This document shows, piece after piece, positions 42,904 through 52,440 of a stretch of 64,000 bases of DNA. Source of the stretch: Nitrospirota bacterium (GTDB taxonomy: Bacteria; Nitrospirota; UBA9217); assembly GCA_963663225.1 (NCBI GenBank), contig OY760142.1, positions 544,001-608,000 on the forward strand, written 5' to 3'. Below the pieces are notes generated by a model that searched no databases, was not told the DNA's origin, and saw nothing but the letters and a program-made list of their open reading frames with translations. The translations under genes and the position numbers were made by a program. The number at the start of each line of letters is the position of its first letter. The stretch's first letter is position 1.

Positions 42904-43377
42904 TTATTGGATGGTGCAGACGGCGTATGCCGCTATTCCTTCGCCTCTCCCCGCGAAACCGAGCCCTTCAGTCGTCGTGGCCTTCACATTGACGGACGTC
43001 CTGTCGATTTTTACGGCAGAGGCGATATTCGAAACCATCACGGAAATATGCGGCGACATTTTGGGTTTTTCAGCTACAATAGTCGCATCGATATTATTGA
43101 TCCGGAAGCCTGAATCGGCAAGCAGCCGGTGAACTTCTTCAAGAAGCGTAAGGCTTGATATGCCTTTGTATTTCGGCGACGAATCCGGGAAATGCCTGCC
43201 GATGTCCCCGAGTCCCGCCGCGCCCAGCAGGGCGTCGCAAATTGCGTGAAGCAGCACGTCTGCATCGGAGTGCCCGAGCAGGCCCTTTTCATACGGTATT
43301 TCGACGCCGCCGATGATAAGTTTTCTGCCCTCGACAAGACGATGGACATCATACCCTGTCCCGATACGCACGATCAT
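42904..43377 (-). CDS. ispF: 2-C-methyl-D-erythritol 2,4-cyclodiphosphate synthase
   Basis: [34 protein letters not shown] motifs. Confidence 0.97.
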   Translation of the reverse strand: MIVRIGTGYDVHRLVEGRKLIIGGVEIPYEKGLLGHSDADVLLHAICDALLGAAGLGDIGRHFPDSSPKYKGISSLTLLEEVHRLLADSGFRINNIDATIVAEKPKMSPHISVMVSNIASAVKIDRTSVNVKATTTEGLGFAGRGEGIAAYAVCTIQ

Positions 43378-44069
43378 CTCCCCTTGAGTATCTCTTCCGC
43401 CAGGATCAAATCCTCAGGCGTCGTTATTTTAATATTATCATAACTTCCCATAATGACGCGCACGGGAACGCCAATCCGCTCTACCAGCGTCGAGTCGTCT
43501 GTTCCGTATACATTATGCTTGTATGACTCGGAATATGCACGTTTCAGGATTTTGACCGGAAACGTCTGCGGTGTCTGGATCGCCCACAGCCGGCTGCGTT
43601 CCAGCGTATTCCGGACGACCCTCTTATCGTCAACTTCCTTGATCGTGTCCTTGATCGGCACGCCTGCCACGACGCATTCGCCTTTCTTCGCGAATTCGAT
43701 GGATTCCCTGATCATCTCATTCGTCACAAAGGGACGAACCCCGTCATGAACCATCACGATCGAAGCGTCCTTTTCCAGTTTCTTCAGACCGTTTGCAACC
43801 GAATCCTGCCGCTCCTTGCCCCCGACAACCAGAGTCTTGACCTTTGTAATATGGTACTGTTCGATTATATCCTGAAGGCAGGTTTCCATGTCCTCTTCGG
43901 ACAAAACGGGAATGATCTCGTCGATTTCCGAAGCCCGCTGAAATACAAGGAGCGTATGAGCAAGCATCGGCTTGTCGCCAAGCGGGAGAAATTGCTTCGC
44001 AACGGCTTTTCCCATCCGTTTGCCCATACCTGCTGCCGGGACGAGTACTGTCACTTTAGACATGGCCAC
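43374..44069 (-). CDS. ispD: 2-C-methyl-D-erythritol 4-phosphate cytidylyltransferase
   Basis: AAGMGKRM...[39 protein letters not shown] overlap with ispF; start 44069 or 44063. Confidence 0.96.
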   Translation of the reverse strand: MAMSKVTVLVPAAGMGKRMGKAVAKQFLPLGDKPMLAHTLLVFQRASEIDEIIPVLSEEDMETCLQDIIEQYHITKVKTLVVGGKERQDSVANGLKKLEKDASIVMVHDGVRPFVTNEMIRESIEFAKKGECVVAGVPIKDTIKEVDDKRVVRNTLERSRLWAIQTPQTFPVKILKRAYSESYKHNVYGTDDSTLVERIGVPVRVIMGSYDNIKITTPEDLILAEEILKGR

Positions 44070-44178
44070 CTCAACATTCTTCCTGACTGTTCATAAAAAG
44101 ATTCAGGAAGGAATCAGACCACAAGCAAAAAAATATTTTCAGTGAAGCATGAGCGCGGGCGTCATGAATGCACAAATG

Positions 44179-45102
44179 CTATTTTTTATAGTTTTTGACG
44201 ATTATCTTAAACCGCTTGGACAAGGGAGCTTCCATATTGAGCGTTACACACAGCTGGAATTGTTCTTCCCGTCCTTCTGCCAGAACATCAAACGGAAGAA
44301 TAATCTGGCCGTTTTCCATGAACGGACTCCCCAAGTTCACCGTGGGTCTTGCATCGGGCAGCTGCCCCGGCGGTTCCATGTTCAATCCGTCATCTGCCGG
44401 ACGGCTGTCCGGCACCGCGGACTCGTGAGAAGAAAATGCCTGCGGTTCGTTTTCCAAGTGTTGCGGCGTGTTTTCGTCTTTTCCGGCAATTTCCGTGAAT
44501 GTAAAATTGTGACGTTCGGGAAACTTCTGCATATCCTGCAGGATAAGCTTGGACGCGGCGGTGAATGTTTTGAGAACGCCCTGGCCGGTCGTCGCAACCG
44601 CTTCGTAGTAGGGAAGATTCCTTGGATTTAGTGCAGCGTTCAGTTCCTCGATGCTGAGAATGTCCGGCAGATCCCGCTTGTTATACTGGATCACCATGGG
44701 AAACTCGTCGAGAGCGATGCCCTGCTCTGCAAAATTCTCACGCAGGTTCGCAATGCTCTCAAGGTTTGCATCGAGCATGGCCCGCTGGGAATCAGCGACA
44801 AAAATCACCCCATCCGCGCCTTTGAGCACCAGTTTCCGTGTCGCATTATAAAAGACCTGGCCGGGAACCGTATAAAGATGGAACCGCACTTTATAATTCA
44901 TGACGGCGCCGATTTCAACCGGGAGAAAATCGAAAAAGAGAGTGCGGTCCGTTTCGGTCGAAAGCGAGATAAGTTTGCCCCTCATTCCCGGTGCAATACG
45001 GTGGTAGATCAAATGAATGTTCGTCGTTTTGCCGCACAGACCGGGTCCATAGTACACGATCTTCGCGTTTATTTCACGGGTAGTATGATTTACTAAAGCC
45101 AT
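44179..45102 (-). CDS. mglA: MglA-family small GTPase with a C-terminal extension of about 110 aa
   Basis: KIVYYGPGLCGKTTN (G1), DRTLFFDFLP, TVPGQ (G3), NKRD (G4). Confidence 0.88.
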   Translation of the reverse strand: MALVNHTTREINAKIVYYGPGLCGKTTNIHLIYHRIAPGMRGKLISLSTETDRTLFFDFLPVEIGAVMNYKVRFHLYTVPGQVFYNATRKLVLKGADGVIFVADSQRAMLDANLESIANLRENFAEQGIALDEFPMVIQYNKRDLPDILSIEELNAALNPRNLPYYEAVATTGQGVLKTFTAASKLILQDMQKFPERHNFTFTEIAGKDENTPQHLENEPQAFSSHESAVPDSRPADDGLNMEPPGQLPDARPTVNLGSPFMENGQIILPFDVLAEGREEQFQLCVTLNMEAPLSKRFKIIVKNYKK

Positions 45103-45224
45103 GGCCCATCATTACACAAAAAGTATGGTATGTCAATACTGCCTGCCGCGCGATCAATTCAGAAAGCATGCATCCGCGCGTCTTTTTTACCGTCGAAAAT
45201 TCAAATTGCAACCGGACGCTTTCG

Positions 45225-45261
45225 AAAAAGCGATGCGGATCCATCGCGGTATGTCCGCATC
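45225..45261 (-). terminator. Putative terminator after the uvrC-IMPase operon
   Basis: Minus strand GATGCGGA...TCCGCATC 8-bp stem followed by GCTTTTT. Confidence 0.55.
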
Positions 45262-45273
45262 AGGAACGCAGGT

Positions 45274-46086
45274 TCATCCGTTCGCCAGCAGTTTCAACAC
45301 CGCTTCGTGCAGTGTCGCATTCGCACTCGCGAGCAGCGGAACTGTCCGGGCAAGTCCGACCGTCACATCGCCGATCGCACCGCCTGCCAGATCGGTCACC
45401 ACCCCGCCTGCCTCCTGGACAATCAGCCTGCCTGCCGCATAATCGAATGTCCGCGATGCCGTGGCGGTTAAAAATACGCTTACTGCCCCCGAAGCCAGAT
45501 ACGCAAGATCGAGTGCCGTTGAGCCAAAACAGCGCATCCGGCGCGCCTTCGTCAAAACTGGCATGATGCGCGGGATGTCCACGGCGGGCGTAGACGCTTC
45601 ACAGGCCACGATGGCAAGGGTTTCAGCCGGCGAAGTGGTGAGGCGGAGCCCGTTTTTATACGCTCCTTTTCCCCGTACTGCCCAAAACGCGTCTCCCGCG
45701 CACGGATTTACAACATACGCGACAGCAGTGTCCGACAGCGTATTCCCATCCAGCAGCGCAAGCGCAGTGGAAAAAAATGGAATGCCGTTCTTTGCGTTAT
45801 TGCTCCCGTCTACAGGATCTACAAGTACAATCTTGTTCCCCTTCCCGAAATCTCTGATGCCCAGTTCTTCGGAAATGAGCGTGAAAGCTTCTCCCGCCCG
45901 ATGCGCTTTTTCCAGGGCGCCAAGAATAATGTCTTCCGCCCATCTGTCCACAGGAAATGTTTTGTCTCCGCCGGCACCTCTTCCGAGCGCAATCGTGCCG
46001 TCCTGTCCGGTCATTATTTCCGATAGTTTGCCGTGCAGTTCCCGGCCGATTTCCTTGAAAAGTTCCAGCCAGTCTTCATTGTTCAT
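45274..46086 (-). CDS. Inositol monophosphatase family protein (archaeal-type bifunctional FBPase/IMPase-like)
   Basis: GAGGDKT...D..AE, SEELG, DPVDGSNN, R.FGS.ALDL, RTFD.AAG. Start set at MNNEDW behind GGAG. Confidence 0.87.
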   Translation of the reverse strand: MNNEDWLELFKEIGRELHGKLSEIMTGQDGTIALGRGAGGDKTFPVDRWAEDIILGALEKAHRAGEAFTLISEELGIRDFGKGNKIVLVDPVDGSNNAKNGIPFFSTALALLDGNTLSDTAVAYVVNPCAGDAFWAVRGKGAYKNGLRLTTSPAETLAIVACEASTPAVDIPRIMPVLTKARRMRCFGSTALDLAYLASGAVSVFLTATASRTFDYAAGRLIVQEAGGVVTDLAGGAIGDVTVGLARTVPLLASANATLHEAVLKLLANG

Positions 46087-46185
46087 TAGGATCTCCCCCG
46101 CAATGCGCGCCACGCAAGAATACAGCCTTTAAAAAAAACACCGTCATAAACAGCAGGTCCCCACAGCGCCGGCATCAAGGGTGGA

Positions 46186-48009
46186 TCAGGGCGCCCTGAA
46201 AAAAACCGCGATATGTTCCGCCGTCCGTTTTGTCATCCCCTTCACTTGCATGAGCTCTTCCTCCGTTGCATGCCTGATTTTTTCCAGGCTGCCGAAATGA
46301 CGAAGCAAAGCGCGTTTTCGAACTGCTCCGACACCGCGTATATCGTCAAGCTCCGACTTTATTGCGCGCTTTTCGCGCAATTTCCGGTGGTAGGAAATGG
46401 CAAAACGATGAGATTCATCGCGAATGCGTGCGAGAAGATGCGTGACAGGGCTCATGGGATCAAGGATGATCGGCTCTTCCAGACCGGGCAGAAACACCCG
46501 TTCGAACTCCCGTTCTGCGCCGTTTTCTCCGCTTCTCGCCTTTGCCAGGCCTATAATATCCGGGACTTCTATCTTCAGTTCCTGCAGGACATCGAGCGCC
46601 GCATTGAGCTGCCCTTTTCCGCCGTCGATCAGGATAAGGTCCGGCAGCGTCTCCGCGTTCGTCTCCTTTGAATATCTCCGCCGGACAACCTCTGCCATGC
46701 TTGCGAAATCATCCTGGCCCGTCACGCCCTTGATTTTGAATTTTTTGTACGAGCGCTTATCCGGAAGATTATTTTCGAAAACAACCATGCTTGCCACTGA
46801 TTCCGTTCCCTGGATCGTTGAAATATCAAACGCCTCGATCCTGCGCGGAAGATTCCTGAGCCCAAGCTCCTGCTGGAGCTTCATCAATATCCGCTCCTTG
46901 CTTCTGCGTGAAAGCAGGTGCTGCCGCAGCGACTGCGCGGCATTGTCCGACGCCATCTGGACCAGTTCTTTTCTTCTCCCCCGCTGAGGAACGAGGACTT
47001 CGACATGCGCCCCGCGTTTTTCCGCAAGCCATGATGCAAGCATGGCAAAATCCGGGATTTCGCGTGGCAACAGGACCTCACGAGGGACAATCATGTCTTT
47101 CGAATAGAACTGCCGCAGAAAGCCGTCCAGGACTTCTTCTTCAGCCGCCCCGCCCAGTTCATCGAGATAAAAATCCCTGCGGCCCAGCAGCATGCCGTTT
47201 CTGATAAAAAGCGCCTGAACGTCGGCGTGGCCCGCTTCGAAAGCAATGCCGATAACATCCTGGTTTTCAAAACCCGGCGAGATGATTTTTTGCTTTTCCA
47301 GCGCGCCTTCGACCCGTGCAATCCGATCCCGCAGTTCCGCTGCGCGTTCGTATTCCATCTTCTCAGAGGCTTCCAGCATATGTCGTTTCAGCAGATCCAG
47401 CAGGTCGCGGTTCTTTCCTTCAAGAAAAAGACGCACCTGTTCCACGGTGTTCTGATACAGGGTCTTGTCTGCCTTTCCGGTGCAGGGGCCGAGGCACCGG
47501 CCGATCTGAAACTGGATGCATGACCTGCCCGGCTTGTCCGATTTCAGTTCCGTCCTGCAGGGGGCGAGCGGAAACGTACGACGGATAAGGGCGAGAGTCT
47601 CCCACATGCCTCCCGCGGGAACGTACGGGCCGTAGTAAAGCGCTCCGTCTTTCTTTAATTTGCGCACCACTTCGAGCCGTGGAAATTCCGCTTTTATGTC
47701 GAACCGGATATAAGGGTAATTCTTGTCGTCACGCAGAATGATATTGTACCGCGGGCGGTGTTTTTTGATGAGGTTTGATTCCAGCGCAAGCGCTTCCAAT
47801 TCCGTGTGGGTCACCATGGTCTCAATGGCCGCGATCTGCCGCACCATGATTTCCGTTTTTTCCCCCTTCGTGCCCTTCTGGAAATACGAGCGCACCCGGT
47901 TTTTCAGAGACACGGCTTTCCCGATATAGATCACGTGTCCCTTGGCATCCTTCATGAGATAAACGCCCGGCACGTCCGGCAGATTTGCTACTGTTTCTTC
48001 AAGCGTCAT
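46186..48009 (-). CDS. uvrC: Excinuclease ABC subunit C
   Basis: GIY-YIG domain (GVYLM...IYIGKA), UVR domain, RIEAFDIS, DGGKGQ, RDESHRFA, HhH. Start set at MTLEE. Confidence 0.97.
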   Translation of the reverse strand: MTLEETVANLPDVPGVYLMKDAKGHVIYIGKAVSLKNRVRSYFQKGTKGEKTEIMVRQIAAIETMVTHTELEALALESNLIKKHRPRYNIILRDDKNYPYIRFDIKAEFPRLEVVRKLKKDGALYYGPYVPAGGMWETLALIRRTFPLAPCRTELKSDKPGRSCIQFQIGRCLGPCTGKADKTLYQNTVEQVRLFLEGKNRDLLDLLKRHMLEASEKMEYERAAELRDRIARVEGALEKQKIISPGFENQDVIGIAFEAGHADVQALFIRNGMLLGRRDFYLDELGGAAEEEVLDGFLRQFYSKDMIVPREVLLPREIPDFAMLASWLAEKRGAHVEVLVPQRGRRKELVQMASDNAAQSLRQHLLSRRSKERILMKLQQELGLRNLPRRIEAFDISTIQGTESVASMVVFENNLPDKRSYKKFKIKGVTGQDDFASMAEVVRRRYSKETNAETLPDLILIDGGKGQLNAALDVLQELKIEVPDIIGLAKARSGENGAEREFERVFLPGLEEPIILDPMSPVTHLLARIRDESHRFAISYHRKLREKRAIKSELDDIRGVGAVRKRALLRHFGSLEKIRHATEEELMQVKGMTKRTAEHIAVFFRAP

Positions 48010-48139
48010 GATAGGTAATTTTACCACGGTTGCTCCGGTTTGAACACGGATAATTCCCGGGCAAGGGTAAAATTACCTTGAAGCCGGACCGCTGTTGTGG
48101 TACCGTTCTAATTAATTGCACGATTGAAGGAGGACCGCT

Positions 48140-48964
48140 ATGAAAAAAAACCTGAGAACGTATCCCTGGATAATAATTGTTTTTGTTCTTTTTCTCTCTC
48201 CGGGTTTCGCTCAAGCAGCTCCGAGCTTCGCAGGCGAAGCCAACCCTTATTTCACCACACAATGGTTTGACTGGAAGGAATTTGGCGATGCAAATAGGCG
48301 GCTCGTTCGGGAATCAGGTCCGCGCTTCGGAGTAGGATTTACCTATAATTTCGAGTTTCAGGAACATCATCTGATACTGAAGCCACGTATCGAGATCATC
48401 GGTGGAGTAATGGATTACGACGGCGCCACCCAGGCCGGTGTTCCTGTAAAAACCGATACGAACTACTTCAGCGGAAAGCTGGAGCTTGATCTCGGGTGGA
48501 GATTCGGATCTCTGCAGCGTGCCTCGATCGAACCTTTCGCCGGAATCGGTGTCCACGGATGGTCCCGTGACATCCAGGACGCCACAGCCTCGAACGGCAC
48601 GCCGGCATATGGATATACGGAAGAGTGGTACACCTTCTATATTCGCGCGGGTTTGAGAGGCGATATTGCCTTAACAGAAAACACCCGGCTCTTTGCCGAG
48701 GCGGGCGGCAAGTTCCCCGTTTATAATGAGAATACGGCGCATTTTGATGAAGCAAATCTGGGGCCGGATGTGACCTTTAATCCGGGAAGAGAACCATCAT
48801 GGTTTGCTGAAGCAGGCATAAAATACAGAATGTTTAAGGCAAGTTTTTACTACGACAGTATGCTTTTTTCGAGATCAGGCATTGCTTACTCCGGCAGCAC
48901 TCCGTATTACCAGCCGAAATCCCAGGCGGATATTTACGGAATCAAACTAGGCGCCTCGTTCTGA
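48140..48964 (+). CDS. Outer-membrane beta-barrel protein of unknown function
   Basis: Signal peptide, alternating aromatic/hydrophobic strands, C-terminal YGIKLGASF beta-signal ending in Phe; SD AAGGAGG. Confidence 0.8.
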   Translation: MKKNLRTYPWIIIVFVLFLSPGFAQAAPSFAGEANPYFTTQWFDWKEFGDANRRLVRESGPRFGVGFTYNFEFQEHHLILKPRIEIIGGVMDYDGATQAGVPVKTDTNYFSGKLELDLGWRFGSLQRASIEPFAGIGVHGWSRDIQDATASNGTPAYGYTEEWYTFYIRAGLRGDIALTENTRLFAEAGGKFPVYNENTAHFDEANLGPDVTFNPGREPSWFAEAGIKYRMFKASFYYDSMLFSRSGIAYSGSTPYYQPKSQADIYGIKLGASF

Positions 48965-48985
48965 CGGCGCTCCTGTCATACTCTG

Positions 48986-49816
48986 CTACAGCCTCGGCAT
49001 GGGCGCATCAAGCGTGCCGCCGAGGCTGAGCTGATAAAATCCTTCCGGGTCCTTGTTCTTTATCAGCGACAACAGCCCCGCCTGCTCCCGCGCAAGCCGC
49101 TCGGACGGCTTCAGCTTTACAACGATATTCAGCGTGCCCCGCTCCCGAAGAACCACGTCTCCCTGACAGCGGACTTTAAGCTCCTTTCCGTCAAGGTCCA
49201 GCTTCCGGATCGTCAGCCTGTCGCCTTTGAGGTCCGCCTCCAGCCAGCACTGATCAAAATCCAGATCCGGGACGGGAAATCCCTTGACCTTCAATTCCCG
49301 TGATGCCAACCCTTTCAGCCAGAGCTTCCCCCTGCCCGTATCGCCGGTTATTTCGACGTTGCCTCCCAGCTTTCCGGACAGGCGAAATCCAAAATCTTTG
49401 AGCAGAGAATACGAACTGATATCAAGACCGTTTGCATCGATATGGAGATACTGTCTGCCCGGGCCCTGTTGCGCCTTTACGAGCAGTTCCCCTCCGTATG
49501 CTTTCGCTTTCAGGTCCAGGGAAACAAGATTCCGCAGCAGATCAAAAAGGGAGATCGAAGTCCGTACTGACTGGCTTTCGAACAGAACTTTGCCGCTTCT
49601 GTCCGAGACCACCACATCGCTCAGCACGAAATGATTGAAGAACAGCGGAGAAATGCGCGACACGTGCATCTCATAGGGCGTACGCTGCCGCACTTCTGCT
49701 TCGAGTTTTGTCTTGATCCGGTCAACGGGAAACAGGACGACCAGGAACACCAGAAAAGCCGCAAAAAAGTATACGGCAAAGAGTGCACGTCTGATGAGAA
49801 GTTTTCTGTCGATCAT
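48986..49816 (-). CDS. gspN: Type II secretion system protein N
   Basis: N-terminal TM ending LFP, AYGG, beta-rich body, C-terminal LGGTLDAP; last gene of the gsp operon. Confidence 0.8.
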   Translation of the reverse strand: MIDRKLLIRRALFAVYFFAAFLVFLVVLFPVDRIKTKLEAEVRQRTPYEMHVSRISPLFFNHFVLSDVVVSDRSGKVLFESQSVRTSISLFDLLRNLVSLDLKAKAYGGELLVKAQQGPGRQYLHIDANGLDISSYSLLKDFGFRLSGKLGGNVEITGDTGRGKLWLKGLASRELKVKGFPVPDLDFDQCWLEADLKGDRLTIRKLDLDGKELKVRCQGDVVLRERGTLNIVVKLKPSERLAREQAGLLSLIKNKDPEGFYQLSLGGTLDAPMPRL

Positions 49817-49819
49817 GTC

Positions 49820-50320
49820 CTATCCGGCGCTTGAGACAAGAATCGTGGCATTCAGCAATTTCGGGTTGTCGAACCGGGGCTTGAAATACAGCTTCCTGAT
49901 ACGGAGGGCGTTTTTTTCAAGCAGAAAAACATAGTTGACGACATCGTACAGCGTTATGTTGTCCAGTCTTATTTCGACAATGCTTTCCTTGAAGGATTCA
50001 GTCTGTATCCCGGTCTGCGGCTTCAGCGATACGATTTTGCTGCTCAGATTCGCCCGCCGTGTAATGTTCTCGATTTCCGTCAGCAACGGCCCGCGCTTGG
50101 AAGCGATTTCCTGCACCTGCTGCAGGCGCTGCTGCATCTCAAGGTACTGCTCCTTCAGGACGCGCATTTCCGCAAGGTCCCGTTCTTTCCGCGGAATCAA
50201 GTCTTTCTTGCGGGCCAGATCGGACAGAAGCGGAGACAGGACGAAAACGGACAGCAGAATCAGCGCTGCCGCAATCCCTCCGATAATGAGTACTCTTTTA
50301 TCTCGCTGTTCAAGTTTCAT
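49820..50320 (-). CDS. gspM: Type II secretion system protein M
   Basis: RDKRVL + TM + coiled coil + ferredoxin-like domain; lies after gspL. Confidence 0.82.
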   Translation of the reverse strand: MKLEQRDKRVLIIGGIAAALILLSVFVLSPLLSDLARKKDLIPRKERDLAEMRVLKEQYLEMQQRLQQVQEIASKRGPLLTEIENITRRANLSSKIVSLKPQTGIQTESFKESIVEIRLDNITLYDVVNYVFLLEKNALRIRKLYFKPRFDNPKLLNATILVSSAG

Positions 50321-50335
50321 AGTATTGCCGTGGAT

Positions 50336-51667
50336 CTACATCGCCTGTTTGAGTTTGATATCAAAACGGAATTTCACCTTGTTGTCCATACCCATTCTCG
50401 TGTCCTGGACCAGCACCTCGGCAAAGGCTGGCGCTTTTTGCAGCTCTGATTTCATCTTGTCTACCGACTCGAAGGAAGACGCTTCACCCTGCAGCTTGAG
50501 ACGATCGCCTTCAAGAAGAAATTCCTGAAAACTCACCCGGACTTCCTTCGGGATGCCATCCGTCACTGTTTTCATAATATCCAGCGCGGACGATCCTGAT
50601 CCCAGCACACCGAACTTCTTTCTGGATTCGTCGATTTTTTTCCGAAGCTGCTCCACCGGGTCGCCCACGAGTTTCGAATCCGGCACGGTCTGGCGGTATA
50701 TTTCCCTGATTTCCCTGTCCAGTTTTCCGTAGCTGGACTGCGTGAGATAGAATTTCAGCCCGAGGCTCGCCAGCGCAAGCAGACCTGCTGCCGCCCCGGC
50801 CATGACAAGGGTGCGCCGCCTTCTGCGCCTGCCCTCGTCCACTAAATGGTATGCGAACTCCTCCTTCCGGAGGTTGACGTCGTCGCACAGTGCCAAACCG
50901 AGGCTTACGGGATCTGTCGCTTTTTTCCCGCCGAAATCGGGGATGATCCTCTCCACCGCGACCCCGATGTCTCCAAGTTCCGCACCCACGCTCTCACCTT
51001 CGGCAAGAAGATACGCTTTGTCGATGCGCGTGGCCAGCTCTGTTTCGAGTCCTTTGTGCAGATGCCTGAGTCCGCCGGTCGAACGCGAAATCGAAAAGCT
51101 TCTGCAGGCCTTTACTGTCTTCTCGTCCTTCACGCACAGATCATTACCGCCTATCAAAACCGCCGTTCCTTCAACAGGGATCATCCTTGCAACATGATAG
51201 AGGCCGATATAGGACGGAACAACAACCTGGGGATCCACGCCCGCCGAAGCGAGAAGATCGAGATGGAGCCGCAAAAGGGTTTTCGGCAGCATGATGCCTA
51301 GCACCGACGTCTCATTCTTCTCTCCGGACTTTTTGTCCGGTTTGCTCATGATCAGATGGTCGAGCACAACGTCGTCGAGCGGAAACGGAACGCTGTCTTC
51401 AATCTCAAACGGCAGCGCTTTCTCCACGCGCTTGCGGTCGTCAAACGGAAACTGCACCGGACGCTGGCTGAAATACCGGCCTGGAATGGAAGAAACGATC
51501 CGCGCCCCGGCCCAGTCCTTGGCTTTTTCTTTCAGGATGTCCACGAGCTCTGCGTCCGTCGCGAAGGTGCTGCAGAAGGAATCCCTGAGATCGGTCTGGC
51601 GCAGGCCCTTCTCAACGACCGAAACGGCCAGCCTGCCTTTCTCTATGTTTAATCCGACAATTTTCAC
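50336..51667 (-). CDS. gspL: Type II secretion system protein L (PilM-like cytoplasmic + PilN-like periplasmic domains)
   Basis: LPFEIEDSVPFPLDDVVLD, NLRKEEF, TM, L.GEA.SFESVD. GTG start overlapping the gspK stop chosen (TTG 51679 is an alternative). Confidence 0.85.
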   Translation of the reverse strand: MKIVGLNIEKGRLAVSVVEKGLRQTDLRDSFCSTFATDAELVDILKEKAKDWAGARIVSSIPGRYFSQRPVQFPFDDRKRVEKALPFEIEDSVPFPLDDVVLDHLIMSKPDKKSGEKNETSVLGIMLPKTLLRLHLDLLASAGVDPQVVVPSYIGLYHVARMIPVEGTAVLIGGNDLCVKDEKTVKACRSFSISRSTGGLRHLHKGLETELATRIDKAYLLAEGESVGAELGDIGVAVERIIPDFGGKKATDPVSLGLALCDDVNLRKEEFAYHLVDEGRRRRRRTLVMAGAAAGLLALASLGLKFYLTQSSYGKLDREIREIYRQTVPDSKLVGDPVEQLRKKIDESRKKFGVLGSGSSALDIMKTVTDGIPKEVRVSFQEFLLEGDRLKLQGEASSFESVDKMKSELQKAPAFAEVLVQDTRMGMDNKVKFRFDIKLKQAM

Positions 51668-52440
51668 AACGATCTCCAATAAACAGGAGTACTGCCATCA
51701 ATAACAGTTTCTATCTGTTTTGTATAGCTGCCCACCGTAGCAAAAAAATAAACTTTGGATACGTTGCTGATAGCAACAAAATCACTCATGTCGGTAGTCA
51801 ACTCCGCACTTGTATACGGTTGATCTTTTCTTCTTGATAAGATCGCGCTTACCGATATGGTGGTTTTTGTCGCTAAAACGCTCCGCAAAACGTCTTCTGG
51901 CGCAGTATTAATATTAATTCTATCCGCCGGCTGTGAATAGAGCGTCACATAAGGAGCTATTTTATTGTAGTCCTCGTCTTTCATGAATCTGTGGAGCTCG
52001 GTCAGCAATTGCCGCTGCTTGGTCGGGTCAACAAGCGTGTCCAGTATCTCCTGGCTCACGTTCTTTCTTCTAAAGAGCTCCGTAAGCCAGGTAAACGCGG
52101 CGTTCTCTTTCCGCAAACCGTGGATATCAATCTTCCCTGCCTCATCCTCCCAGCGGATTTTCAGTTCAGTGTCGCTTGCGCTCACCAGAGGAATAACGCC
52201 CCATTCTCCCTGTGGGAGATTGTCTTTCAGCGCCTTGTATTTTACAAAAATGGCCGGCCCGGAGCGCGCGAGGAAAAACGCCCTCTGGCTGTCGCGAAAA
52301 TTCATGGCTGCCTGCAGGCTCACTCGCGTTCCGTAGGCGAATTCAAAAACAAGCGCGATCAGGAGCGCGGTGATCAGAAGCACGACAATCAGCGCGACGC
52401 CTCGTTCACGGTTTATTATTTGATGCACCTCCGGTCTCAA
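51664..52440 (-). CDS. gspK: Type II secretion minor pseudopilin K (short form)
   Basis: ERG|VALIVVL without Glu5, EDEAGKID, ININTAP..VL. Confidence 0.87.
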   Translation of the reverse strand: MRPEVHQIINRERGVALIVVLLITALLIALVFEFAYGTRVSLQAAMNFRDSQRAFFLARSGPAIFVKYKALKDNLPQGEWGVIPLVSASDTELKIRWEDEAGKIDIHGLRKENAAFTWLTELFRRKNVSQEILDTLVDPTKQRQLLTELHRFMKDEDYNKIAPYVTLYSQPADRININTAPEDVLRSVLATKTTISVSAILSRRKDQPYTSAELTTDMSDFVAISNVSKVYFFATVGSYTKQIETVIDGSTPVYWRSL

